Counted from the stretch's first letter, positions 48,573-60,399 are shown. The stretch: 64,000 bases of DNA from an uncultured Clostridium sp. (GCA_964589375.1 CAZPSA010000002.1:6975-70974); one strand, 5' to 3'. Notes: generated by a model not told the origin, from the letters alone. Program-made: numbers and translations.

Positions 48573-49292
48573 ATGAATCCTATCCATATTGTATGTTCTA
48601 AAGATAAGATTGCCACGAGAGTTTTATTACCAGGAGATCCTTTACGAGCAAAATACATTGCTGATAAATATTTAGAAAACGCCCAATTGATAAATGATGT
48701 CCGTAATATGCTAGGCTTTACCGGAACTTATAAAGGAAAAAAGATAACGGTTATTGGTTCGGGAATGGGTATTCCCAGTGCTAGTTTATACGCTTATGAA
48801 TTATTTGCTTTTTATAATGTCAGAAAAATAATTAGAATTGGATCAGCCGGATCATTAAATCCCAATATTAAAGTTAGAGATATAGTTTTAGGAACTAGTG
48901 CCTATTCTCATTCAAACTTTAGATATGCTTTAACTAAAAGCAAGTCTAAAAGAATATCATCTTCTAACTCATTAAATCAAATAATATTAGATAAAGCTAA
49001 TAAACTAGGAATTAATTTAATTAAAGGAACGATATACACCTCAGAAGTATTTGATGCATACGTCCCAATTAATCATCTCTTGCGAGATGTTCCTAAAAAC
49101 ATAAATTTATTAGCATCTGAAATGGAAGCATTTGGAATTTATACAGTCGCCAATTATTTAAAAAAAGAAGCAACTACACTAGTTTCAATAACTGATAGCA
49201 AATTTACTCCCGAAAATAATTTAAGTCCCGAAGAAAGACAAAAAACTTTAGATGATATGATTATGCTTGCCCTAGAAAGTATTATCCGATAA
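48573..49292 (+). CDS. deoD: Purine nucleoside phosphorylase DeoD type
   Basis: LLPGDPLRAKYIA, GMGIPS, IIRIGSAG, EMEA. Confidence 0.92.
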   Translation: MNPIHIVCSKDKIATRVLLPGDPLRAKYIADKYLENAQLINDVRNMLGFTGTYKGKKITVIGSGMGIPSASLYAYELFAFYNVRKIIRIGSAGSLNPNIKVRDIVLGTSAYSHSNFRYALTKSKSKRISSSNSLNQIILDKANKLGINLIKGTIYTSEVFDAYVPINHLLRDVPKNINLLASEMEAFGIYTVANYLKKEATTLVSITDSKFTPENNLSPEERQKTLDDMIMLALESIIR

Positions 49293-49326
49293 AAAAATCA
49301 TGACATAACTAATATCATGATTTTTT
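49291..49326. terminator. Bidirectional terminator between convergent deoD and rplQ
   Basis: aaaaaatcatga/tcatgatttttt inverted repeat. Confidence 0.75.
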
Positions 49327-49337
49327 ATTTACTTAAA

Positions 49338-49682
49338 TTAGTCAACTAACTCAAGTTTAATTTGCATCGCGTCATCGCCTTTACGTTCATTTAACTTAAT
49401 TAAACGAGTGTATCCACCATTACGATTTTCATAACGTTTATTTAATTCATTAAATAATTTATTAACTGCAACAGTGTCATTTTGTAAGAACGCTAAAGCC
49501 TTTCTTCTAGATACTAAAGATCCATCTTTACCATAAGTAATCATTTTATCAACAAATTTTCTAACTTCTTTTGCTCTAGCATCAGTAGTTACAACATATT
49601 CATTTTTAATTACATCTTTAGTAAGTCCAGCTAATATACTTCTTCTGATGCGTGTTTCTCTACCTAATTTACGATATAACAT
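49338..49682 (-). CDS. rplQ: 50S ribosomal protein L17
   Basis: YRKLGR, RNGGYTR, RKGD. Confidence 0.97.
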   Translation of the reverse strand: MLYRKLGRETRIRRSILAGLTKDVIKNEYVVTTDARAKEVRKFVDKMITYGKDGSLVSRRKALAFLQNDTVAVNKLFNELNKRYENRNGGYTRLIKLNERKGDDAMQIKLELVD

Positions 49683-49697
49683 AATACTTACCTCTTT

Positions 49698-50639
49698 CTA
49701 ATCGCGGAACTTTAGTCCCATTTCCTTAACTTTATCTAATACTTCTTTTAAAGACTTTTTACCTAAATTTCTAATCTTGGTAACATCTACTTCTCTTTTG
49801 TCAATTAAGTCTTGCATCGTATGAATGCCAGCTCTTTTTAAACAGTTATAAGCTCTAACAGAAAATTCAATTTCTTCAATAGGAGTTTCTAATGTTTTGG
49901 TTATTTGATCAACTTTCTTTTCCGCAATTATTCCAGTAACATCAGCAATATTATTTAAATCAGCAATAATATTAAGATGCTCAATTAATATTCTAGAAGC
50001 TAAAGCCATTGCTTCTTCAGGGCTCATAGAACCATTTGTATAAACTTCCATAATTAATTTATCATAGTTTTCATTATGACCAACACGAGCACTTTCAACT
50101 TCATAAGCTACTCTTTCAATTGGACTATATAATGAATCAATTGGAATAATACCTTGAACAGTATCACCTAATAACTTTTTATTTTCTTTTGAATCTACAT
50201 ATCCACGACCATTACCAACTGTCATTTCCATATAGATTTTACCACCCTTAACTAAATTACAAATAACTAAGTCAGGATTTACAATTTCAATATCAGCATC
50301 TTTTTCGATATCTCCAGCAGTTACAACGCCTTCTTTATCAGCAGATAATCTAATTGTTTTATTTGTTTTACTATAATTTTTAATTACAACGCTTTTTAAA
50401 TTTAGGATAATTGAAGTAACGTCTTCAACAACTCCATCAATTTTTTGAAATTCATGCATTACTCCATCTATTCTAACACTTGTAATTGCAGAACCAGGCA
50501 TAGATGAAAGCATTACTCTTCTAAGTGCGTTCCCAATTGTTGTCCCAAAGCCTCTTTCTAAAGGTTCTAGTTCAAATTTTCCATAATTATTTTTTTCAAT
50601 ATATTCTGTAATTTTGTATTCTGGTTTTTCAAAATTCAT
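49698..50639 (-). CDS. rpoA: RNA polymerase alpha subunit
   Basis: EPLERGFGTTIGNALRR, SVRAYNCLKRAGI. Confidence 0.98.
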   Translation of the reverse strand: MNFEKPEYKITEYIEKNNYGKFELEPLERGFGTTIGNALRRVMLSSMPGSAITSVRIDGVMHEFQKIDGVVEDVTSIILNLKSVVIKNYSKTNKTIRLSADKEGVVTAGDIEKDADIEIVNPDLVICNLVKGGKIYMEMTVGNGRGYVDSKENKKLLGDTVQGIIPIDSLYSPIERVAYEVESARVGHNENYDKLIMEVYTNGSMSPEEAMALASRILIEHLNIIADLNNIADVTGIIAEKKVDQITKTLETPIEEIEFSVRAYNCLKRAGIHTMQDLIDKREVDVTKIRNLGKKSLKEVLDKVKEMGLKFRD

Positions 50640-50660
50640 AATATCCTCAAATCCCCTTTC

Positions 50661-51044
50661 TTAGTTTCTTGGACGTTTTGGTGGTCTACAACCATTATGT
50701 GGTACTGGTGTTTCATCATTAATAGCGGTAATTTCTAAACCAGCAGCTTGAAGTGAACGAATTGCATTTTCTCTTCCGCCACCTAATCCTTTAACAAATA
50801 CTTCTACTTTTTTTACTCCAGAGTCCATTGCTACTTTAGCAGCAGCTTCAGCAGATTGACCAGCAGCAAATGGAGTCTTTTTCTTAGAACCCTTATAACC
50901 TATTGTTCCAGCAGAAGCCCAACTAATAACATTACCATTAACATCTGTAATTGATACTACAGTATTATTATAAGTTGAATGAATATGTGCTTGTCCTTCA
51001 GGAATATTCTTTTTAACTTTTCTTTTTCTTCTATTATAAGCCAT
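50661..51044 (-). CDS. rpsK: 30S ribosomal protein S11
   Basis: PHNGCRPPK. Confidence 0.98.
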   Translation of the reverse strand: MAYNRRKRKVKKNIPEGQAHIHSTYNNTVVSITDVNGNVISWASAGTIGYKGSKKKTPFAAGQSAEAAAKVAMDSGVKKVEVFVKGLGGGRENAIRSLQAAGLEITAINDETPVPHNGCRPPKRPRN

Positions 51045-51054
51045 ACTATACCTC

Positions 51055-51429
51055 CTATTTACCTACTTTTTTCTTATTAGCAACTACTTTACCTTTACCC
51101 TTACGAGTTTTAGCATTTCTACTAGTTCTTTGTCCATGAACTGGTAATCCTTTTTTATGTCTAACGCCTTGGTAAGAGTTGATTTCCATTTTATTTTTGA
51201 TATTCATTTGAACTTCACGTCTTAAATCACCTTCAGTTAAATAATTATCAATTTCTTTTCTCAATGCTGCTTCTTCATCAGTAGTTAGATCTTTTACTCT
51301 TTTTGATGGATCAACTTTAGCTAAAGCACATACTTTTTCAGATGTACTTCTACCAATACCATAAATATAAGTTAATCCAATAACTGTTCTCTTCTCTTTT
51401 GGTAATTCTACATTTTTAATACGAGCCAT
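51055..51429 (-). CDS. rpsM: 30S ribosomal protein S13
   Basis: [17 protein letters not shown]. Confidence 0.98.
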   Translation of the reverse strand: MARIKNVELPKEKRTVIGLTYIYGIGRSTSEKVCALAKVDPSKRVKDLTTDEEAALRKEIDNYLTEGDLRREVQMNIKNKMEINSYQGVRHKKGLPVHGQRTSRNAKTRKGKGKVVANKKKVGK

Positions 51430-51440
51430 AAATATTCCTC

Positions 51441-51554
51441 CTAACCTTGTCTTTGTTTATGTTTAGGGTTATCACAAATAACCATAACTTTACCTTTTCT
51501 TCTAATTATTCTACATTTAGCACACATTTTTTTTACAGATGGTCTAACTTTCAT
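51441..51554 (-). CDS. rpmJ: 50S ribosomal protein L36 (Zn-ribbon type)
   Basis: Not in ORF track; translates [37 protein letters not shown]. Confidence 0.97.
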   Translation of the reverse strand: MKVRPSVKKMCAKCRIIRRKGKVMVICDNPKHKQRQG

Positions 51555-51562
51555 AAATCCTC

Positions 51563-51775
51563 CTATTTTCTATAAATTATACGCCCACGTGTTATATCAT
51601 ATGGCGAAATTTCTATAGTAACTCTATCACCCGGTAAGATACGAATCATATTCATTCGTATTTTACCAGAAACGTGAGCTATTACTATACTTCCATTTTC
51701 TAATTCAACCTTATATTCATCTTTGATAACATCTATAACTTTACCATCAACTTCAATCTTAGTTTCTTTAGCCAC
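51563..51775 (-). CDS. infA: Translation initiation factor IF-1
   Basis: [17 protein letters not shown]. Confidence 0.97.
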   Translation of the reverse strand: MAKETKIEVDGKVIDVIKDEYKVELENGSIVIAHVSGKIRMNMIRILPGDRVTIEISPYDITRGRIIYRK

Positions 51776-51779
51776 TTTT

Positions 51780-52526
51780 TCACTCTCCTGTTAATATTTC
51801 ATATCCATCTTTTGTAACAACAACTGTATGTTCAAAATGAGCACTTGGCTTACCATCTTGAGTTACAATTGTCCATTCATCATCAAGAATACCTACAAAT
51901 CTTTTCCCAGCATTAATCATAGGCTCAACCGCAATAACCATGCCAGCTACCAATTTTAAACCGGTATTATATTTGCCAAAATTTGGAACATCCGGTTCTT
52001 CATGTAAATCCTTGCCAACACCATGACCTACTAATTCTCTAACTACACTAAGGCCTTGTTTTTTAGCGTACTCAGAAATTCTAGCTCCAATATTATAAAG
52101 ATGAGCACCTTCTTTTACTTCTGATAAACCAATATATAAAGCTTTCTCAGTATGATGAAGAAGTCTTTCTTTTTCTTTATTAATTGTTCCAACTGGATAA
52201 GTCCAAGCTGAATCAGAGTGATACCCTTTATAGTAAGTACATATATCCAAAGTAACAATATCACCATTTTTAAGTTTACGATCACTGCCGATACCATGGA
52301 CAACTTCATCGTTAACTGATACACATATATTACCAGGATATCCCTCATAATTCAAACAACTTGGCTTTGCCCCATGACTTTCAATAAACTTACCAGCTTC
52401 CTCATCTAAAAACTTAGTTGTAACACCCGGTTTAATAAGGCCTTTTAAATATTGATGACACATATAAGTTATATGTCCGGATTCTTTTATTAATGCTATC
52501 TCTTCTGGGGTCTTAATACTTATCAT
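51780..52526 (-). CDS. map: Methionine aminopeptidase type I
   Basis: [26 protein letters not shown]. Confidence 0.97.
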   Translation of the reverse strand: MISIKTPEEIALIKESGHITYMCHQYLKGLIKPGVTTKFLDEEAGKFIESHGAKPSCLNYEGYPGNICVSVNDEVVHGIGSDRKLKNGDIVTLDICTYYKGYHSDSAWTYPVGTINKEKERLLHHTEKALYIGLSEVKEGAHLYNIGARISEYAKKQGLSVVRELVGHGVGKDLHEEPDVPNFGKYNTGLKLVAGMVIAVEPMINAGKRFVGILDDEWTIVTQDGKPSAHFEHTVVVTKDGYEILTGE

Positions 52527-53161
52527 TTAATCACTTTCTCAATTTCAGCAAATGTTTCTTCTGCTGTATCACAATTAGTAATTACATGGAGTAAATTTTG
52601 CTTTTTATAATAATCAAGTAATGGTGCAGTATTATCTAAATAAGTGTTATATCTAATTTTAAAAGTTTCTTCATTATCATCAACCCGATTTAACAATTCA
52701 CATTTACAATCATCACACATATCAGAAACAATTGGTTTTTTAAATTCTTTATGATATGTTTTCCCACACTTAGGACAATAAACACGACCAACTACTCTTT
52801 TTACTAACAACTCATAAGGAACATCTAAAGAAATAATTGCATCTAAAGATTTATTTATCTTAGATAATATTTCATCTAAATAAGGAACTTGCTGCATATT
52901 TCTAGGATATCCATCTAAAATAAATGGTCTATCATCACTACTAAGTTCCTTAGTAAGCAATGAATTAACTATCTCATCACTTACTAATTCACCAGTCTTA
53001 AGTAATAAATCAATTTGCTTACCTAATTCGCTTCCGCTTTTTACTTCATTCCTAAGTAAATCTCCAGTTGAAATATGTTTATAATTATATTTAGTGACTA
53101 ATAAATCACTTTGTGTCCCCTTACCAGCAGCAGGTGGCGCAATAAAAACTATATTTTTCAT
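52523..53161 (-). CDS. adk: Adenylate kinase
   Basis: PPAAGKGTQ, ILDGYPR, Zn-lid CPKC..CDDC. Confidence 0.97.
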   Translation of the reverse strand: MKNIVFIAPPAAGKGTQSDLLVTKYNYKHISTGDLLRNEVKSGSELGKQIDLLLKTGELVSDEIVNSLLTKELSSDDRPFILDGYPRNMQQVPYLDEILSKINKSLDAIISLDVPYELLVKRVVGRVYCPKCGKTYHKEFKKPIVSDMCDDCKCELLNRVDDNEETFKIRYNTYLDNTAPLLDYYKKQNLLHVITNCDTAEETFAEIEKVIK

Positions 53162-54429
53162 CTTCTTCTTCTTTTCTTTCTTATACCATTATAACTACGA
53201 GATACAATACTACTTTCTAATTGTTTATAAGTTTCTAATGCAACTCCAACGACAATTATTAAACCAGTACCTCCAATTGTAACATTACTTGGTAAATTAG
53301 TTACTTTACTAAATATTATTGGTAAAGCTGCAATTATCATCAAACCTAATGTTCCAAATACAGTTAAACGAGTAATAACGTATTTTAGATATTTACTAGT
53401 CTGTTCTCCTGGCGTAATACCCGGAATATAACTATGCGATTTATCTAAATTTTCCGCTATTTCATCAGGATTTAATTGTAATAATGTATAGAAATAACCA
53501 AATAAGAATATCAATACCATATATAGCAAAAATCCTGTATAAGATGTATAAACAATATAATTATTAACAAAATTTGAAAAAGCTTCATTCTTTATAACCT
53601 CAGCAATTAATGAAGGAATTCCTACGATTGCTGATGCAAAAATAACAGGAACAACACTTGCCGAATTTAACTTAACCGGAATAAACGATTTTTCTCCACC
53701 ATAAGAAGAAGCCGTTCTATTAGAATACTGAATTGGTACTCTTCTTTCCGCTATTTGCATACATACAACGCCAATAATTATCGCTAAATATACTAGCACA
53801 AATAATGTAAACAAAAATATTCCCAACCACTTACTAAAACTTGAACCTAAAATTAAGGAATTAAAAGCGGTAATAAATGTTTGCGGTAAAGTATTAACAA
53901 TACCAGCCATAATAATCAAAGATACACCATTACCAATACCTTTACGAGTAATTTCATCTCCTAACCAAAGAAGAAATGCTGTACCAGCAGTTAAATAAAT
54001 CGTAGACTTAATAACTTCTAAAGTACCTCCATTACCTAAAAAAGCGATAGAAAAGACATAACCTTGAATTAGGGCAAAGACAATACCCAAATAACGATTT
54101 ATCTTATTTAGCTTTTGTCTACCAGTTGCCCCTTGTTCTTTTAATTCTTTAAAATAAGGTATAATATCCATTTGAAATAATTGCGTAATAATCGTTGCCG
54201 TAATATAAGGCATAACTCCTAATGCAAAGATTGAAAATGATTTCAAACTTCCACCACTCATCAAGTTAAGTAGTTCTAAAAAACCTAAATTTTTTGTAAT
54301 TTCTTTAGCTCCAGGTACCATTATATTAGTTCCAAGAGCAAATATTGCTAAACACCCTAAGGTGAACAATATCCTTTTGCGTAAATCTTTATTAGTCGGA
54401 CTAAATAGTCCTTTTAGATTTGCAAACAT
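53158..54429 (-). CDS. secY: Preprotein translocase SecY
   Basis: SIFALGVMPYITA, GIGNG.SLII, GGTGLIIVVGV. Confidence 0.97.
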   Translation of the reverse strand: MFANLKGLFSPTNKDLRKRILFTLGCLAIFALGTNIMVPGAKEITKNLGFLELLNLMSGGSLKSFSIFALGVMPYITATIITQLFQMDIIPYFKELKEQGATGRQKLNKINRYLGIVFALIQGYVFSIAFLGNGGTLEVIKSTIYLTAGTAFLLWLGDEITRKGIGNGVSLIIMAGIVNTLPQTFITAFNSLILGSSFSKWLGIFLFTLFVLVYLAIIIGVVCMQIAERRVPIQYSNRTASSYGGEKSFIPVKLNSASVVPVIFASAIVGIPSLIAEVIKNEAFSNFVNNYIVYTSYTGFLLYMVLIFLFGYFYTLLQLNPDEIAENLDKSHSYIPGITPGEQTSKYLKYVITRLTVFGTLGLMIIAALPIIFSKVTNLPSNVTIGGTGLIIVVGVALETYKQLESSIVSRSYNGIRKKRRRR

Positions 54430-54869
54430 TAAATCACCTCAGCAGTCCCGCCAGCACTTTCAATTTTACTTACAGCAATAGATGAAAATCTATTTGCTTT
54501 AATTGTTAATTTCTTTTCTAAATTACCATTACCTAAAACTTTTAAGCCTGATAATTCTTTTTTTACAATTCCAAGTTCTTTTAATAATTCCATAGTTACA
54601 ACATCACCATCATTAAATCTGTTTAAATCACTTAAATTAATGATTGCATATCTAGTTGTAAAAGCAGCATTATTAAATCCCCCTTTAGGAATACGACGGT
54701 AAATTGGACTTTGTCCACCTTGGAACCAAGGTTTAATTGATACGCCACTTCTAGCTTTTTGTCCTTTTTCACCACGAGTAGAAGTCTTTCCCATTCCAGA
54801 TCCTGGGCCACGACCTACTCTTTTAATTTTTTTACTTTCTGGAAGTGAGTTTAATTCATGTAATTTCAT
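54429..54869 (-). CDS. rplO: 50S ribosomal protein L15
   Basis: Start MKLHEL at 54869; RVGRGPGSG.GKT, FQGGQ. Confidence 0.97.
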   Translation of the reverse strand: MKLHELNSLPESKKIKRVGRGPGSGMGKTSTRGEKGQKARSGVSIKPWFQGGQSPIYRRIPKGGFNNAAFTTRYAIINLSDLNRFNDGDVVTMELLKELGIVKKELSGLKVLGNGNLEKKLTIKANRFSSIAVSKIESAGGTAEVI

Positions 54870-54870
54870 C

Positions 54871-55467
54871 TTATAACTCCTCCACTTTCTTACCACGAAG
54901 CTCTGCAATATGTTCAGCACTTCTTTGTGATTTTAAAGCTTCTAAAGTAGCCTTAGCCACATTTACTTGAGTATTAGAACCCAAAGATTTAGAAACTATA
55001 TCTTTAATACCAGCTATTTCTAATACAGCACGTACTGCTCCACCAGCAATAATTCCTGTACCTTCTTTGGCCGGTTTAATTAAAACTTTAGCTCTACCAC
55101 ATTTTCCAATTTGTTCATGAGAAACTGTTCTACCATCAACAATATCAATCTTAACTAAATTCTTATTAGCAGCTTGAATACCTTTTTTAATTGCTTCAGG
55201 TACTTCCATAGACTTACCAGTTCCTATACCTACTAAACCTTTACCATCACCAACTACCATAGTAGCCGCAAAACGGAAATGACGTCCACCTTTAGTAACT
55301 TTTGTTACACGAGTGATTGAAATAACTTTTTCTTCTAAAAGTTTCTTTTTAGGTTCGAAGTTCTTTTTAAATTCTTTTCTAGGCTTTCTATTAAAGTTTT
55401 TATTATTTTTATTATCTTTAACTGTTTCTACATTTTGAGTAGCAACAACATTCTTTTCTTCTTCCAT
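54871..55467 (-). CDS. rpsE: 30S ribosomal protein S5
   Basis: [18 protein letters not shown]. Confidence 0.97.
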   Translation of the reverse strand: MEEEKNVVATQNVETVKDNKNNKNFNRKPRKEFKKNFEPKKKLLEEKVISITRVTKVTKGGRHFRFAATMVVGDGKGLVGIGTGKSMEVPEAIKKGIQAANKNLVKIDIVDGRTVSHEQIGKCGRAKVLIKPAKEGTGIIAGGAVRAVLEIAGIKDIVSKSLGSNTQVNVAKATLEALKSQRSAEHIAELRGKKVEEL

Positions 55468-55480
55468 TATTTCCCTCCCT

Positions 55481-55837
55481 CTAGAACTCTAATCCGTTTT
55501 CACGTGCTGCCTCTGCTAAAGCACTTACACGTCCATGATATTGGTAGCCACCTCTATCAAAAACAACTTTTTTAATATTTAATTCAAGAGCCTTTTTCGC
55601 AATATCAGCACCTACTATTTTAGCACCTTCAACATTGCCACCATTATCGATTTTTAAGGCTACACTAGAAGAGCTTACTAAAGTTTTAGCAGTTTCATCA
55701 TCAATAATTTGTGCATAAATTTCATTATTAGATCTAAATACATTTAATCTAGGCATAGTAGATGTTCCAAAAACATTCTTACGAACACGAGCGTGTCTTC
55801 TTTGTCTAGCAACATTTCTTGATTCTTTTTTTATCAT
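55481..55837 (-). CDS. rplR: 50S ribosomal protein L18
   Basis: [22 protein letters not shown]. Confidence 0.97.
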   Translation of the reverse strand: MIKKESRNVARQRRHARVRKNVFGTSTMPRLNVFRSNNEIYAQIIDDETAKTLVSSSSVALKIDNGGNVEGAKIVGADIAKKALELNIKKVVFDRGGYQYHGRVSALAEAARENGLEF

Positions 55838-55846
55838 ACTTTCCTC

Positions 55847-56392
55847 CTACTTAGCAGCTTTCTTTCCTTCTTTACGTCTAATAACTTCGCCCTTATAACG
55901 AATACCTTTTCCTTTATATGGTTCTGGTTTTCTTATTTTACGAATGTTAGCCGCAAATTCAGATACTTTTTGATTATCAATTCCTGATATCTTTAATTCT
56001 GTATTTGATGGAGCTTCTACCTTAATATCAGATGGAATTTCCACGATAACTGGGTGAGAATATCCAGCACTAACAGTAATTTTATTACCAGAAACAGCAA
56101 ATCTATAACCTACACCTACTGTTTCAAGTTCTTTTACAAATCCAGTATGAACACCTTCAATCATTTTAGCAATAAGAGCATTTGTAGTTCCATGAATACT
56201 CTTAGTAAATAATGCTTCATTATTTCTCTTAGTAGTTATACTAGTTTCTGTAATATCAATTGTAATTAATTTATTAAATTCTTTTATTAGTTCTCCTTTA
56301 GGTCCTTTTACAGTTAATGTATTAGTATCTTTATCTAAAGTAACTGTTACACCTTCAGGAATATTTAATACTCTATTTCCAATTCTACTCAT
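55847..56392 (-). CDS. rplF: 50S ribosomal protein L6
   Basis: MSRIG, PEPYKGKGIRY. Confidence 0.97.
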   Translation of the reverse strand: MSRIGNRVLNIPEGVTVTLDKDTNTLTVKGPKGELIKEFNKLITIDITETSITTKRNNEALFTKSIHGTTNALIAKMIEGVHTGFVKELETVGVGYRFAVSGNKITVSAGYSHPVIVEIPSDIKVEAPSNTELKISGIDNQKVSEFAANIRKIRKPEPYKGKGIRYKGEVIRRKEGKKAAK

Positions 56393-56404
56393 AACCAATT
56401 TTCC

Positions 56405-56800
56405 TTACCAAATATAGGCAAGTACTTCTCCTCCTAGATTATTTTCTCTAGCCTTCTTATCAGTCATGATACCTTTAGAAGTAGAAATGATAGCAATTCC
56501 TAAACCATTTAGTACTTTTGGAAGTTCGTCATGTTTAACATATACTCTAAGTCCAGGTTTACTAATTCTCTTAAGACCAATAATAACTCTTTCTTTCTTA
56601 TTATCGCCATATTTAAGTGTTAATGTTAACATTTTATTTTCATTATTTTCTGCAAAATCACTAATATAACCTTCTTCTTTTAAGATAGCAGCAATAGCTC
56701 TAGTCATCTTAGTATTAATTACATCAACATTTGCATACTTCATTTGATTTGCATTACGAATTCTTGTAAGCATATCAGCAATAACATCATTTACAAACAT
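56405..56800 (-). CDS. rpsH: 30S ribosomal protein S8
   Basis: [19 protein letters not shown]. Confidence 0.97.
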   Translation of the reverse strand: MFVNDVIADMLTRIRNANQMKYANVDVINTKMTRAIAAILKEEGYISDFAENNENKMLTLTLKYGDNKKERVIIGLKRISKPGLRVYVKHDELPKVLNGLGIAIISTSKGIMTDKKARENNLGGEVLAYIW

Positions 56801-56816
56801 TTCCGATTCTTCCTTT

Positions 56817-57002
56817 CTACCAACTTGATTTCTTTACGCCGGGAATTTTGCCTTCATTTGCTAAAGTTCTAAAGCAAATACGACATAATCCGAATTTACG
56901 TAAAACTCCATGAGGTCTTCCACATCTTGAGCAACGAGTATATGCTCTAACCTTAAATTTTGGAGTTCTTGAATTTTTAACTTTTAAACTTGTTTTAGCC
57001 AT
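56817..57002 (-). CDS. rpsZ: 30S ribosomal protein S14 (Zn-binding type Z)
   Basis: 61 aa; CSRC..CRIC. Confidence 0.95.
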   Translation of the reverse strand: MAKTSLKVKNSRTPKFKVRAYTRCSRCGRPHGVLRKFGLCRICFRTLANEGKIPGVKKSSW

Positions 57003-57013
57003 AATATTCGCGC

Positions 57014-57553
57014 CTACTTTCTAAATGGAATTCCAAAGCCTTTTAATAATTCTAAAGCTTCTTCATTTGTCTTTGCTGTAGTAACAAAAACAATATCCAT
57101 ACCTCTTAATTTTACAACATTATCATATTCAATTTCAGGAAAAATCAATTGATCTTTAATACCTAAAGTATAATTTCCTTTTCCATCAAATGCTTTAGGA
57201 GAAACTCCTCTAAAATCTCTTACACGTGGAAGTGCTACAGAAATTAATTTTTCTAAAAATACATACATATTTTCTCCACGTAAAGTTACTTTAGTTCCAA
57301 TAGTTTGACCTTCTCTTAATTTGAAACCAGCAATTGACTTTTTAGCTTTAGTAATAACAGGATGTTGACCTGTAATAGCTTCTAAATCCTTAACTGCAGC
57401 TTCAATCATTTTTTCATCATGAGAACCATCACCAACACCAATATTGATAACAATTTTCTCTAATTTAGGAATTTCCATAACAGAAGAATAATTAAATTTC
57501 TTCATAAGTTCTAGTTTTACTTCTTTATTATATAACTCTTTTAAACTATTCAT
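57014..57553 (-). CDS. rplE: 50S ribosomal protein L5
   Basis: [18 protein letters not shown]. Confidence 0.97.
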   Translation of the reverse strand: MNSLKELYNKEVKLELMKKFNYSSVMEIPKLEKIVINIGVGDGSHDEKMIEAAVKDLEAITGQHPVITKAKKSIAGFKLREGQTIGTKVTLRGENMYVFLEKLISVALPRVRDFRGVSPKAFDGKGNYTLGIKDQLIFPEIEYDNVVKLRGMDIVFVTTAKTNEEALELLKGFGIPFRK

Positions 57554-57866
57554 TAGCTTCACCTACTTTTTTTGTAGTTTTTTTGGTTGTTTTTTTAGCT
57601 GTTTCTTTTTTTGTTTCAGATTTTTTATTATCTTTTTTAACATCAGTAGTTTCAATTACTTTAACATTAGATACATGAATTGCGTTTTCAGTTTCAAAAA
57701 TGCCACCAGTTTCATTAGTTCTTGATGGTTTCATATGTTTTTTAACCATATTGATACCTTCAACAACAACTCTATCCTTCTTTTTAAGAGTTAAAATAAC
57801 TCTACCTTCCTTACCTTTATCTTTACCAGTAAGTACTTTTACTTTATCTCCAACTTTAACTTTCAT
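57546..57866 (-). CDS. rplX: 50S ribosomal protein L24
   Basis: GDKV.V.TGKDKGK, IHVSNV. Confidence 0.96.
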   Translation of the reverse strand: MKVKVGDKVKVLTGKDKGKEGRVILTLKKKDRVVVEGINMVKKHMKPSRTNETGGIFETENAIHVSNVKVIETTDVKKDNKKSETKKETAKKTTKKTTKKVGEANE

Positions 57867-57874
57867 ATATCCTC

Positions 57875-58243
57875 CTATAAAACCTCAGGAGCAAGTGATA
57901 CGATCTTAGTAAATTCTTTATCACGTAATTCTCTTGCAACTGGTCCAAGAACACGAGTTCCGATTGGTGATTTATCATCTTTAATTAATACACAAGCATT
58001 ATCATTAAATTTGATATAACTTCCATCAGCTCTTCTTAATCCTTCAACACTTCTTACAATAACAGCTTTAACAACTTTTCCTTCTTTAACGTTACCATTA
58101 GGAATTGCTTTTTTAACAGTCCCAACAACAACATCTCCTATATTTCCATATCTAACTTTGCTGCCACCAAGTACTCTAATTACCATAATCTCACGAGCAC
58201 CAGAATTGTCAGCAACTTTTAGTCTTGATTGTTGCATTACCAT
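57875..58243 (-). CDS. rplN: 50S ribosomal protein L14
   Basis: VADNSGA, SLAPEVL. Confidence 0.98.
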   Translation of the reverse strand: MVMQQSRLKVADNSGAREIMVIRVLGGSKVRYGNIGDVVVGTVKKAIPNGNVKEGKVVKAVIVRSVEGLRRADGSYIKFNDNACVLIKDDKSPIGTRVLGPVARELRDKEFTKIVSLAPEVL

Positions 58244-58257
58244 AAATTCTAATCCTC

Positions 58258-58515
58258 CTATAAAACTACAGCTTCTTTGATTACCTCAACAAGTTCATAT
58301 CTCTTAGTCTTAGATAATGGTCTAGTTGATAATAATCTTACTGTGTCTCCTACTTTAGCAATATTTTTTTCATCATGAGCAGCATACTTTTTAGAGTATT
58401 TTACTCTTTTCTTATATAATGGGTGGTTACGATATGTTTCTACTAAAACTGTAATTGTTTTATCGTTTGTACATGAAACAACTCTACCAATTAATTCAGA
58501 TCTTTTAGTTTCCAT
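58258..58515 (-). CDS. rpsQ: 30S ribosomal protein S17
   Basis: HPLYKK, AHDE, RPLSKTK. Confidence 0.97.
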   Translation of the reverse strand: METKRSELIGRVVSCTNDKTITVLVETYRNHPLYKKRVKYSKKYAAHDEKNIAKVGDTVRLLSTRPLSKTKRYELVEVIKEAVVL

Positions 58516-58712
58516 TATTTTTCACTCCCATCTAATTCATTTAAAATTGTTTTAATTCTTGCAACATCTTTTCTTAATGCGTTAATTTTATGAGGTTTAT
58601 CTAAAGAACCAGTTGCTTGTTTCATTCTTAAATCAAACAATTCTTTTTTAACGTCAATAAGTTTCTTATTAAGTTCTTCTTTTGACATTTTACGAAATTC
58701 ACTAGCCTTCAT
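58515..58712 (-). CDS. rpmC: 50S ribosomal protein L29
   Basis: [15 protein letters not shown]. Confidence 0.96.
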   Translation of the reverse strand: MKASEFRKMSKEELNKKLIDVKKELFDLRMKQATGSLDKPHKINALRKDVARIKTILNELDGSEK

Positions 58713-58713
58713 A

Positions 58714-59127
58714 TTATGCCTCCTCCTTTTTTACAAACTTAGTCTTAACACATAATTTATGTGATGCAAGTCTAAGAGCTTCACGAGCAATTTCTTCAGA
58801 AACTCCTCCAACTTCAAACATTATTTTTCCTTCTTTAACAACTGCTACCCATTCTTTAACAGAACCTTTACCAGTACCTTGACGAGTTTCTAAAGGTTTT
58901 TGAGTTCTAGCAAGTTGTGGGAAAATATTAATCCAAACTTTTCCACCACGTTTCATATAACGGGTCATAGCGATACGAGCAGCTTCAATTTGTCTAGCAC
59001 TAACGTATCCGCCTTCTTTAGCCATTAAACCAAATTCACCAAAATGAAGTTCAGTATTTCCTTTTGAATGGCCTTCATAGCTAACTCTTTGAGGTTTATT
59101 ATATTTAACCCTCTTAGGCATTAACAT
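58714..59127 (-). CDS. rplP: 50S ribosomal protein L16
   Basis: [14 protein letters not shown]. Confidence 0.97.
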   Translation of the reverse strand: MLMPKRVKYNKPQRVSYEGHSKGNTELHFGEFGLMAKEGGYVSARQIEAARIAMTRYMKRGGKVWINIFPQLARTQKPLETRQGTGKGSVKEWVAVVKEGKIMFEVGGVSEEIAREALRLASHKLCVKTKFVKKEEA

Positions 59128-59779
59128 TTAAATCGCCTCCTACACTTTTTTTAGTAGGAAGTATTTCTCCCTTATAAATCCAAACTTTAACACCAATTTT
59201 ACCATAAGTAGTTGGTGCAGTTGCTGTTGCATAATCAATATCTGCTCTAATTGTATGTAGTGGTACAGTACCTTCTGTATAACCTTCAGTACGTGCCATT
59301 TCCGCTCCACCTAAACGTCCAGAAACCGCAGTTTTAACACCAACAGCTCCAGCCTTCATAACATCTTTGATAGCTTTCTTTTGAACAGTACGGAAATTTG
59401 CTCTATTTTCAATTTGTTTAGCAATTTGATCTGCAACAATTTGAGCATTTAAGTTAGGGTTTTTAACTTCGATGATTGTTACATAAACATCTTCGCCTAC
59501 TAATTTTTTAATTTTCTTTCTTAATTTTTCAATATCTTCACCGCCACGGCCAATTACAACGCCTGGTTTAGCAGTATGAATCTTAACTTCAGTACGTTTT
59601 TTACTTCTTTCGATAATAACTTCACTTACTAAAGCATCTTTTAATTCGCTCTTTAAGAAATCTCTTATCTTTAAATCATTATTTAAAAATTTAGCATAAT
59701 CATTTTTAGCATACCATTTTGATTGCCAATCTTTATTTACACCAAGTCTTAATCCATTAGGATTTACTTTTTGTCCCAT
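59114..59779 (-). CDS. rpsC: 30S ribosomal protein S3
   Basis: [17 protein letters not shown]. Confidence 0.98.
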   Translation of the reverse strand: MGQKVNPNGLRLGVNKDWQSKWYAKNDYAKFLNNDLKIRDFLKSELKDALVSEVIIERSKKRTEVKIHTAKPGVVIGRGGEDIEKLRKKIKKLVGEDVYVTIIEVKNPNLNAQIVADQIAKQIENRANFRTVQKKAIKDVMKAGAVGVKTAVSGRLGGAEMARTEGYTEGTVPLHTIRADIDYATATAPTTYGKIGVKVWIYKGEILPTKKSVGGDLNVNA

Positions 59780-59782
59780 TAA

Positions 59783-60127
59783 TTATGCCTCCTTCTTTCC
59801 ATCACTAACTTTAACAGTTATATGACTAGTTCTTTTGTCTCTACGATCTACCTTAGTACGAGAACCAAATTTTACTCTTTTAAGAACAGGTCCCGGATTT
59901 ATAAAGCATTCAGAAACAAATAAATCTTCTTCTTTTAAATTCAAATTATTAACGGCATTTGCCGCAGCAGAATCTAAAACTTTAATTATTAATCTACTAG
60001 ATTTTGTATTAGTATTTTTTAAAATAGCTCTAGCGTCACTAACTTTTTTACCTCTTATTAAATCAAGGGTCATTCTTGCTTTACGAGGAGCAACGATTGC
60101 CATTTTATGTATTGCGTAAGCTTCCAT
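59783..60127 (-). CDS. rplV: 50S ribosomal protein L22
   Basis: APRKAR, SAAANA, KRTSHI. Confidence 0.96.
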   Translation of the reverse strand: MEAYAIHKMAIVAPRKARMTLDLIRGKKVSDARAILKNTNTKSSRLIIKVLDSAAANAVNNLNLKEEDLFVSECFINPGPVLKRVKFGSRTKVDRRDKRTSHITVKVSDGKKEA

Positions 60128-60135
60128 CTAACCTC

Positions 60136-60399
60136 CTACTTATTTCCAGCATGGCCTGTAAATTTACGAGTAAGTGCAAATTCACCTAACTTATGACCAA
60201 CCATTTCTTCAGTTATATAAACTGGTATAAATTCACGTCCATTATGAACTGCAATTGTATGACCAATAAAATCAGGGAAGATTGTTGAACGACGTGACCA
60301 AGTTTTTACAACTTCTTTTTTATTATTTTCATTTAATTTTTGTATTTTTTTCATTAAACTATCGGCTACATAAGGGCCTTTTTTAATACTTCTTGCCAT
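60136..60399 (-). CDS. rpsS: 30S ribosomal protein S19
   Basis: KTWSRRS, GHKLGEF. Confidence 0.98.
   Translation of the reverse strand: MARSIKKGPYVADSLMKKIQKLNENNKKEVVKTWSRRSTIFPDFIGHTIAVHNGREFIPVYITEEMVGHKLGEFALTRKFTGHAGNK

Noticed and set aside
50640-50660. rpsD absent between rpsK and rpoA
   Set aside because: Normal for Bacilli, where rpsD is encoded elsewhere
2293-60119. Short ORFs overlapping longer genes (e.g. 2293, 7246, 7620, 8045, 8829, 10844, 18236, 19593, 21892, 22910, 32433, 35363, 41519, 44870, 45220, 52115, 53094, 56466, 57700, 59835)
   Set aside because: Antisense or off-frame shadows of well-supported genes, with no recognisable motifs
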